NCBI GenBank assembly: GCA_004296925.1
Contig: SCVI01000037.1
Span: 1-44,923, forward strand
Direction of reading: 5' to 3'
Source of the DNA: Patescibacteria group bacterium
GTDB taxonomy: Bacteria; Patescibacteriota; Minisyncoccia; Phycocordibacterales; Phycocordibacteraceae
Length of the DNA stretch: 44,923 nt
Shown here piece by piece: positions 18,401-24,839 of the stretch. The notes under the pieces were generated by a model, which had not been told where the DNA came from, searched no databases, and saw only the letters and a program-made list of their open reading frames with translations. Position 1 is the stretch's first letter; every line of letters begins with the position of its first letter. The translations under genes were made by a program, and so were the position numbers.

Positions 18401-18579
18401 TGGCCTTTGTTACCGTTGCAGATAAAGACGGCTCAATTGAGTCGGTAGCCTTCCCTGAGGCCTATAAACTGGCAAAAGATATACTGATTCCAGGTCAATG
18501 TGTCATTCTAAAGGGCAAGCTCTCCAAGAGAAACGGGACACCCTCAATACTCATAGATAAAGTGAAAGCTCTTGGATAG
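15481..18579 (+). CDS. dnaE: DNA polymerase III alpha subunit
   Basis: 1032 aa. It has an N-terminal PHP domain (HLSAHSHYSLLDG), the palm motif PDIDMDF, YGFNKGHAASY, and a C-terminal OB fold. Confidence 0.95.
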   Translation: MSSMSSQFSHLSAHSHYSLLDGIVQIEALVKQAMFYGMPAVALTDRNHLYGAIDFYKECAKSGIKPIIGVDADVSIDEVNTRLVFLAENNEGYRNLLKLVSHAQIDTPPRGEERGLIRNLHIEKYHEGVIVLIPDTALTLQNAGKLSKTLRSVFGNDNVFARLGWNGGREQQIRIKGIATALQLPLAASDDTYYLKPEDREIRNIVRKIATPGVAPQEEDYAFISRDTAFDRYRDFPDALQNASDIVDRVSVTLELGSWVFPKFSIPEGATYESELDAAILRGIKDRGIEHTEEVKRRIAYEMSIINEKGFAPYFLTVSDLLGYARENGILTTTRGSAAGSLVSYLTGITNVDPMLYQLPFERFLNPERPSAPDIDMDFADTRRDEMIRYAREKYGESTVAQIGTFGTMMARAAVRDIARAMGYPYGVGDRIAKMIPLGSQGFPMTIERALEIEEDLKKLYQSDEDAEIIINAARKVEGNARHISIHAAGIVIAPSAASDYVPVQYDPSGTAIITEYDMHAVEDAGLLKFDFLGLKNLSILGDSIQRVQKRKGESIDIENIPLDDTKVFEMLARGETEGVFQLGGAGMTHYLKDLQPSSIHDINAMVALYRPGPMISIPEYIRRKHNPQLVTYLDPRMKEILERSYGIITYQDDVLLIAIHLAGYTWLEADQLRKAMGKKIPIEMEAQKEKFIAGCIAKDAMKKEKAEELWKLIEPFAAYGFNKGHAASYGKVAYQTAYMKAHHPEDYMASLLSADSGDTDKISEHVAECERIGIRILPPDVNESFESFTVIAQGMIRFGLSTIKNFGEGAAEAVIEERNKKGKFVSIGDFLSRVSAQYINKRALESLIRSGVFDSFSDRGALVANLERLIEFSKDLSKESDGQNSLFGISKLPKDITLEPAPPLPAMEMLKSEKELLGIYVSGHPIDQFKNELKDYPRSVKNALAEERNGYPLTVGGVVEEVKTILTKKGDKMAFVTVADKDGSIESVAFPEAYKLAKDILIPGQCVILKGKLSKRNGTPSILIDKVKALG

Positions 18580-18596
18580 AGTGGTAGAATCAAAAA

Positions 18597-20342
18597 ATGT
18601 CTGAAAACGAACTACTAGAACATAAGCGACACACTCTAGCCCATCTTCTTGCGGCGGCAGTTATGAAGTTGTGGCCAGACACTAAGCGAACTATCGGTCC
18701 CGCAATTGACAATGGTTTTTATTTTGACTTTGAATTTACGCATCCACTCTCTGAGAAAGATTTTGGAAAAATTGAAAAAGAAATGCGAAAACTCTTGCCG
18801 ACGTGGACTTCGTTTGAGCGAAGTGAGCTAACTTCTGATGAAGCTAAAAAAGAGTATCCAAATAACCAATACAAACACGAACTCATTGACGAATTTACTG
18901 CTGACGGCTCAAAGGTAAGTTTCTACAAATCAGGAGAATATTCGGACCTTTGCCGTGGTGGACACGTAGAAAATCCTAAAGAAGAAATTGCGTCAGATTC
19001 CTTTAAGCTAGACAGGATCGCAGGAGCTTACTGGAGGGGCGACGAGAAAAACCCAATGCTGACTCGCATTTATGCACTCGCTTTCGATACAAAAGAAGAA
19101 TTGGATCAGTATATTGCAATGCAGGAAGAAGCGCTCAAACGTGATCATAGAAAACTTGGAAAGGAACTTGATCTCTTCACATTCTCAGATCTTGTAGGTT
19201 CTGGACTTCCCTTGTTTACACCCAAAGGAACCGTGCTTCGCGAAGAAATACACACATTCTCACAAGCATTGAGAACTTCGAGAGGATTCCAAAAAGTATG
19301 GATCCCCCACATAACGAAAACCGATCTATATAAACGTTCGGGACATTGGGACAAATTCGGAGATGAATTATTTCTCGTCAAAAGCCAAGAGACGACTGAC
19401 GAGTTTGTATTGAAACCAATGAACTGTCCACATCATACTCAAATATACGCAGGCAAAAATCGCAGCTATCGCGACCTCCCTCTTCGTTTTCTTGAAACTA
19501 CTGCAGTGTATCGTGATGAAAAAAAAGGAGAGCTTTCAGGACTTTCTCGAGTACGATCCATAACGCAGGACGATAGCCATGTGTTTTGTCGACCAGACCA
19601 GATTGAAGTGGAGTATCAAGCAATCATGAATATGGTTGTGGAATTCTATAAAGTTGTGGATATGAAATTCCGAGCTCGCCTTTCTTTCCGCGATTCACAA
19701 ACTCCTGAAAAATATTTTGGAGAGGAATCGCTCTGGGATATGGCTCAAGAAAAACTTGAAACTATCGCAAAAAGTGGCGGATTCGAATATTTTATTGCTA
19801 AAGGTGAAGCCGCATTCTACGGACCAAAAATTGATTTCATGGCAACAGACGCACTTGGACGTGAACACCAACTTGCAACAGCACAGTTAGATTTCGTTCA
19901 GCCTGCGCGTTTTGAACTTACATATACCGATAGTGATGGAACAGAAAAAACTCCCGTCATGATTCACCTTGCTATTGCAGGTTCACTTGAACGATTTCTG
20001 TCGGTGTATATAGAGCATACTGCTGGCGCCTTCCCGCTTTGGGTTGCACCAGTTCAAGTAAAAATACTTCCTGTTTCAGAAAAGCATAATGAATATGGAG
20101 CTTCTGTTTTTGCTACGCTCAAAAATGCTGGTATTCGTGTTGAGATTGATGATGCGAACGAATCCCTCGGAAAGAAAATCAGAAATGCCAAAAAAGAAAA
20201 AATTCCTTACCTCTTTGTAATTGGAGATAAGGAAGTAGAAGCTGGAACTGTATCGGTAGAAAACAGAGATGGTTCAGAAGGAGCGCAGGAACTTTCAGTA
20301 ATTGTAAAATCTCTGCAAGAAAAAATTATTGCCCGTTCCTAA
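18597..20342 (+). CDS. thrS: threonyl-tRNA synthetase lacking the N-terminal TGS domain
   Basis: 581 aa. It begins in the editing/second additional domain (RHTLAHLLAAAV). Class II core motifs are present (FRDE.., RVRSITQDDSHVF, GPKIDF) along with a C-terminal anticodon-binding domain. Confidence 0.95.
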   Translation: MSENELLEHKRHTLAHLLAAAVMKLWPDTKRTIGPAIDNGFYFDFEFTHPLSEKDFGKIEKEMRKLLPTWTSFERSELTSDEAKKEYPNNQYKHELIDEFTADGSKVSFYKSGEYSDLCRGGHVENPKEEIASDSFKLDRIAGAYWRGDEKNPMLTRIYALAFDTKEELDQYIAMQEEALKRDHRKLGKELDLFTFSDLVGSGLPLFTPKGTVLREEIHTFSQALRTSRGFQKVWIPHITKTDLYKRSGHWDKFGDELFLVKSQETTDEFVLKPMNCPHHTQIYAGKNRSYRDLPLRFLETTAVYRDEKKGELSGLSRVRSITQDDSHVFCRPDQIEVEYQAIMNMVVEFYKVVDMKFRARLSFRDSQTPEKYFGEESLWDMAQEKLETIAKSGGFEYFIAKGEAAFYGPKIDFMATDALGREHQLATAQLDFVQPARFELTYTDSDGTEKTPVMIHLAIAGSLERFLSVYIEHTAGAFPLWVAPVQVKILPVSEKHNEYGASVFATLKNAGIRVEIDDANESLGKKIRNAKKEKIPYLFVIGDKEVEAGTVSVENRDGSEGAQELSVIVKSLQEKIIARS

Positions 20343-20547
20343 TCTTTGCTAGGAGAATATCGCCCTCATTTTTAATCTCTTCCCTGTCTTCAATTCTTAA
20401 ATTTGGACTATTAATGAGTCGGCCTGCTGCGTTAATTCTCTCAACAATGTCGGGTGAGCTTGGGTTTTCTATAATACCCAAAAAAGCACGTCTTACTCTT
20501 TCAAGAAAAGTAGGATAATCTTCTTCAAGTAGTGATTCTTTACTCAT
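20326..20547 (-). CDS. hypothetical protein (73 aa)
   Basis: A strong SD (GGAGG) lies 4 nt upstream of the ATG, which is rare in this window. The ORF overlaps the thrS 3' end convergently by 17 nt. No family recognised. Confidence 0.6.
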   Translation of the reverse strand: MSKESLLEEDYPTFLERVRRAFLGIIENPSSPDIVERINAAGRLINSPNLRIEDREEIKNEGDILLAKIRNGQ

Positions 20548-20699
20548 ACAACCTCCGGCACGTCTTGATGCTTTAAAACAATTTCAGTATTTTTGAATAA
20601 TAGCGACACTGCGGAATAACTGCAAATATAGACAATGACACCAAATCACTCTCAATACAGTTCGCGTAACTCTCAAAAACACCAACGATACAGTGCACA

Positions 20700-20745
20700 C
20701 ACGGTCTAGTATAATTATGCTATAGCATAATTATACTAGACCGTG
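20700..20745. repeat. 46-bp perfect palindrome (23-bp arms, no spacer)
   Basis: CACGGTCTAGTATAATTATGCTA|TAGCATAATTATACTAGACCGTG. I checked every one of the 23 base pairs by hand and the symmetry breaks at 20699/20746. It contains TATAAT on both strands. Confidence 0.9.
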
Positions 20746-20791
20746 AAGAAGTATAGTTTATTGAACGCGGCGTTATACAGACACTAGCTAA

Positions 20792-23700
20792 TCAGCCAAC
20801 TACTTCAAATGCTTGAGCAAGAGCGAGCTTTACACCAGTAAATGGTGAGCTATAGACAGCGTCGAGCGAATGAGTGAACACTGTTACCAATCGAGCGAGC
20901 TCGTCGTCAGTTATCTTCTTTGCCGCTTCGGCAAGCTCTAGGTCTGACGGTGTTTTATTATCATGACGTGCTCTGTAAAGAGTATCCAAGACGGTTGCGG
21001 TTGAGGTCATTAATGATGTTGGACGAACGCCATCATGTTCAAGTGAGCGTATTATGCTGAACGCAGATGTTCTGTCGCCCTTAAGTACCGCCTTAGCAAA
21101 CGCGCTTGCTACGGTATCGTCTATCGTAAATTCTTTTACTTGTGGCAATACCTCTGAAATTGAGATTGTATCTTCTTTAGAAGAAGTTACTTTCTTAGGA
21201 TTCTTGTCTACAAGTTGACTAAAGCGCTCTGCAGTAAGCATGATCCAACCGTTTTCACGAGGAATAGTTCTTACCGCTTCGTTCAAAATTTCTCCAAAGA
21301 ATAAGAGGGTCTCTGCTCTGTCTGACGAATATTCAGACGCGAGCAATACAGATTCAGGAGACATTAATACTCCTGATGCGTGAGCACGAGATTCAATTAC
21401 ATCAGCAATCGCTGGAATACCGTCGACAGCTTTCACAGCAGCTACTGAAATATCTGCTTGTCTTGCAATCGGCTCAGTTTTTATAGCCAAAGGAGCTGGA
21501 GTAATAGTAAGTGGTGTAAGAGTTTCGGTTTCGTATCGAGGAGCAACACTTGCATCATTTTGCGAGAAATCATCTCCATGCGACACAGTAGATGGATACG
21601 ATGTACCGTACATGTGTTCGCGTGTTCTTGAGTGATTACCTGAATTGTTATTATTTGCTACAGGGAGGTTGTTGAAACGCGAATATAGATATCGTATTCC
21701 TCCTCTGCCAGCTATAGCGTACGCAATAATTGCAGCAAAAAGTCCTATAGCGAGCCAGAACAAGACCGTAAGAACAGGGCCAGCAGCAAAACCAGTGTAA
21801 GGAATTTGTGCTAACGAGACGAACGCCAATGGTTGGTTGATAGGTTGTTTGTAGAGCACTACATTTGGTGGATTGTATCCCCCACCACAATTACTCGTAC
21901 ATCCAGCAGTACCTACAGTAACCGTTGCAGAACAATTCACCGTCCCCGAAGGACCTGTAAATGTTCCAGTAAACGTAGTGTCTGATGAAGGGAATACTTC
22001 AGCGGATCCAGACGATACTGGTGAAACAGCGCCAACTCCACCAGTAATTGTTCCTGATGTTGCGTTTACTGATGTCCACGACACATTAATACTTTGTCCT
22101 GATGTGATTGATGTTCTTGAAAGCGAGATGGTACATGCAGGTCCTGATGGTGGTACGACTGTAACTATTGTTTGGCATGTTGCAGTATCACCGAAAGAAT
22201 TGGTAACCGTCATCGTGTAAGTGCGTGTACTTGGAACAGATACCGCAGTAGATCCTGATGCAATTGGAGTAATGGCACCAACAGAATGATTGATGGTCGC
22301 AGAAACAGCGTTTGTGGTTGTCCAAGAAAGCGCTGATGCATCTCCAGCTAACACCGATGAAGGATTTGCTGAAAGTACGCATGAAGGAGTTGGGTTTGGA
22401 GTCACCGTAACTGTAGAACCACACAATACGCTACCTCCCGGACCTGTTGCAGTCAGACTGTAGGTATGAGTTCCTACACCCAAGTGTGGTGAAAAATTAT
22501 ATGAACCAGAAAGTGCGAGTGGTGTTGGAATTGCCGGCGACGCAGTAGTAGGTGTGATAGTTATAGAAGTCGCATTGGTGGTAGTCCACGAAATTGAAGA
22601 TTTAGAAAGATCGAGTGAACACACTGGCACAGAGCTTGTGGTTACAGTTATAGTTTTCTCACATGTGACGGTCCCACCTGCGCCGGTGGCGGTGAGTGTA
22701 TATGTTTTAGTAACAGAAGGCGCCACAATAATTGCACCGTTCGCAACCGAAACTGTCCCAACTCCCTGATTTATTGAAATCGTACTAGCATTTGTTGTAG
22801 TCCATGCCAATGTGGATGAACCTCCAGGAGAGATAGTTGAAGGTGTTGCGGTTAACGTACAGCTTGGAGCAGATGGTAGTGGATCAACGTGAATTGTTCC
22901 CTGACAAATAACAGAACCGCCAGCGCCTGTTGCAGTAAGAGTATAGGAATGAGTACCAACACTGAGAACTGGGCTAAACGCGTAACTACCATTCAAACCT
23001 GGAGACGGAACTGTTGGTGAACCCGTGGTTGAAACAATGGTAACTGAAGAAGTGTTTGTAGTAGCCCATGAAATGTTCGTTGCAGAAAAATCAAGGGTAC
23101 ACACTGGCACTGGTGGTGGTGTGACAGTTATACCTTGCGCACAAGTTACGGTGCCGCCAGGACCTGTTGCTGTAAGTGTGTACACTTTCGAACTAGTAGG
23201 AGAAACAGATGTTGAACCGTTTGCGGTTACTCCACCAATGCCTTGGTTAATACTTACCGATGAAGTGTTTGTGGTCGTCCAAGAAAGTGTTGAAGAACCT
23301 CCAGTGGTAATCGCAGTTGGATTAGCTGAGAGCGTACATGTTGGAGCAGGTTGCGGTGTAATTGTTACCGTAACAGCACAAAGCACGCTACCACCAGGAC
23401 CTGTTGCAGTAAGGTTATAGGAATGAGTTCCTGAACCGAGCTGAGGCACGAAATTATATGAACCTGAAAGCGCTTGAGGAGAAGGGATAGCTGGTGAACC
23501 TGTTGGAGAAATAATCGTAACTGACGTTGCGTTTACAGTACTCCAAATCAATGTGTCTTTAGAAAGATCTGCGGAACACACTGGTGTTGGTGGTGGAGTA
23601 ACAACAACTGTTTTCTGACAAACAACACCGCCGTATGCTCCATTTCCAGTAAGTTTATATGTAGTAGTTACTGAAGGTGACACCACCTTGGTACCTATAG

Positions 23701-24076
23701 TTGGAACACTACCAATACCATTATCGATAGATGCGCTAGAAACAAATGCCATACTCCAACTCAGCGTTACCGATTCACCTTGATTGATAGTGCTGCCAGG
23801 TAGAGCCTCTAGAGTACATGAAGGAGTTGGGTCGTAACCGCCGCCACCGCCGCCACCGTCAAGATTTGGGTGGTACAGATCATTATTGAAACCACCGCCA
23901 CCAAACCAAATTGTGACATTGCCACAACCACCGCAACTAGCAGATGCATCCGCAGAAATAGAGGAGTCGTTAAATGAGACCGATGCGACGTCGAGTGTTA
24001 CCCATGCTGCTCCTACAAAAAGAGCGACGAAGGCGATGCTCAAGAATGCTGTTTTTTTAATAGTTTGGAATTTCAT
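20792..24076 (-). CDS. giant surface protein: signal/TM anchor, eight Cys-bracketed Ig-like repeats, IPYTG motif, TM helix, 304-aa cytoplasmic domain
   Basis: 1094 aa. The N-terminal hydrophobic segment is AFLSIAFVALFVGAAWV. Repeat modules span residues ~87-715. VSLAQIPYTG is followed by the helix FAAGPVLTVLFWLAIGLFAAIIAYAIAG and RGG. The C-terminal third is non-repetitive. Confidence 0.85.
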   Translation of the reverse strand: MKFQTIKKTAFLSIAFVALFVGAAWVTLDVASVSFNDSSISADASASCGGCGNVTIWFGGGGFNNDLYHPNLDGGGGGGGYDPTPSCTLEALPGSTINQGESVTLSWSMAFVSSASIDNGIGSVPTIGTKVVSPSVTTTYKLTGNGAYGGVVCQKTVVVTPPPTPVCSADLSKDTLIWSTVNATSVTIISPTGSPAIPSPQALSGSYNFVPQLGSGTHSYNLTATGPGGSVLCAVTVTITPQPAPTCTLSANPTAITTGGSSTLSWTTTNTSSVSINQGIGGVTANGSTSVSPTSSKVYTLTATGPGGTVTCAQGITVTPPPVPVCTLDFSATNISWATTNTSSVTIVSTTGSPTVPSPGLNGSYAFSPVLSVGTHSYTLTATGAGGSVICQGTIHVDPLPSAPSCTLTATPSTISPGGSSTLAWTTTNASTISINQGVGTVSVANGAIIVAPSVTKTYTLTATGAGGTVTCEKTITVTTSSVPVCSLDLSKSSISWTTTNATSITITPTTASPAIPTPLALSGSYNFSPHLGVGTHTYSLTATGPGGSVLCGSTVTVTPNPTPSCVLSANPSSVLAGDASALSWTTTNAVSATINHSVGAITPIASGSTAVSVPSTRTYTMTVTNSFGDTATCQTIVTVVPPSGPACTISLSRTSITSGQSINVSWTSVNATSGTITGGVGAVSPVSSGSAEVFPSSDTTFTGTFTGPSGTVNCSATVTVGTAGCTSNCGGGYNPPNVVLYKQPINQPLAFVSLAQIPYTGFAAGPVLTVLFWLAIGLFAAIIAYAIAGRGGIRYLYSRFNNLPVANNNNSGNHSRTREHMYGTSYPSTVSHGDDFSQNDASVAPRYETETLTPLTITPAPLAIKTEPIARQADISVAAVKAVDGIPAIADVIESRAHASGVLMSPESVLLASEYSSDRAETLLFFGEILNEAVRTIPRENGWIMLTAERFSQLVDKNPKKVTSSKEDTISISEVLPQVKEFTIDDTVASAFAKAVLKGDRTSAFSIIRSLEHDGVRPTSLMTSTATVLDTLYRARHDNKTPSDLELAEAAKKITDDELARLVTVFTHSLDAVYSSPFTGVKLALAQAFEVVG
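21899..23821 (-). repeat. in-frame coding tandem array (alternating A/B modules, ~480-bp super-period)
   Basis: Related DNA strings recur, for example GGACCTGTTGCAGT at 22440 and 23397, with a variant at 22923. The protein modules repeat with conserved Cys pairs. Confidence 0.8.
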
Positions 24077-24083
24077 AAATATA

Positions 24084-24806
24084 TTATTGGGTCAATGGTT
24101 CTTCGTATAAAAATTCTGCATGCACCACATATCGTTTCGTTTTCTCCTTACCGAATGAATCGCAGGTAACAAGAGTAAGTGTTTGCGCGCCACCACCAAT
24201 TTCAATTGATGCGGTATCAACGTCAACGTAATCAATCGACACTGCGCGGTAATGATAACGGATTGTCTGTGAAGAAACGATGATAGCGTCACCAGGACGA
24301 ACATTTTGTAGACCGTTAAAGGCTTTAAATGCCTGATTGCGAACAACCGGCAAATAACTTTGATGACCAAAAATAAACATCCCTGAATTCTCACCTAAGA
24401 GTGCTGAACCAGGGTAACGAACCGCCCCCTTAAGAAGGGCGGTATCGAGAGATGTAATATCTTTTTGAGTTGGATTATTCACCGAAATATCGATACCAAC
24501 TTTTGGAATAACGATTCGTTGCGGCATATTTGCTACTGATTGAGAAGCAGTGTAGGTGGTCTCTGCTCGTGTGAGAGACGTGTTTGTTGTAGGCTCTGAT
24601 GCAAGTGGCGCTGAAGCGCTTAGTGTAACCGTAGATGCATTTGCCACATTTGTATTTTGAGCTGTAGAAGATTCAGGAACAAAATCAATCACAAAAAGAA
24701 CTACCGCGATGACAAAAAATGTAATCAAAAAAACAACCAAGAATGCCCACGGCTTTGTGCTTACTGCGTGATTTTTGAATTGGTGCTTAAGCATGATTCT
24801 TTTCAT
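24084..24806 (-). CDS. sortase-family transpeptidase
   Basis: 240 aa. It has an N-terminal TM anchor (WAFLVVFLITFFVIAVVLFVI), a catalytic His context FIFGH, a Cys context LTLVTC (TLxTC) and a downstream Arg (KRYVVHAEF). It ends 7 nt upstream of the giant protein gene. Confidence 0.85.
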   Translation of the reverse strand: MKRIMLKHQFKNHAVSTKPWAFLVVFLITFFVIAVVLFVIDFVPESSTAQNTNVANASTVTLSASAPLASEPTTNTSLTRAETTYTASQSVANMPQRIVIPKVGIDISVNNPTQKDITSLDTALLKGAVRYPGSALLGENSGMFIFGHQSYLPVVRNQAFKAFNGLQNVRPGDAIIVSSQTIRYHYRAVSIDYVDVDTASIEIGGGAQTLTLVTCDSFGKEKTKRYVVHAEFLYEEPLTQ

Positions 24807-24839
24807 ATTACATCACAAAATATCATTTGTCAAGTGCCC

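Noticed and set aside
20700-20745. Reading the 46-bp palindrome as a dif site or a telomere-resolution (protelomerase) target
   Set aside because: It does not resemble the 28-bp dif consensus layout of 11-bp arms plus a 6-bp core. No Xer-type recombinase or protelomerase gene is nearby, and the flanks are ordinary chromosomal genes. The palindrome is kept only as an unexplained element.
21873-23420. Plus-strand ORFs of 71-131 aa (21873..22220, 22554..22769, 23025..23420) antisense to the giant repeat gene
   Set aside because: They lie entirely inside a much longer, repeat-structured, clearly coding minus-strand frame. Their V/T/P/G-rich products are the mirror image of the T/S/G/P codon bias. 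I saw no start-site signals.
21899-23821. Periodic DNA repeats as a possible CRISPR array
   Set aside because: The period is ~480 bp, the copies are diverged and in frame within a long ORF, and there are no short identical direct repeats with unique spacers. No cas genes are present in the window.
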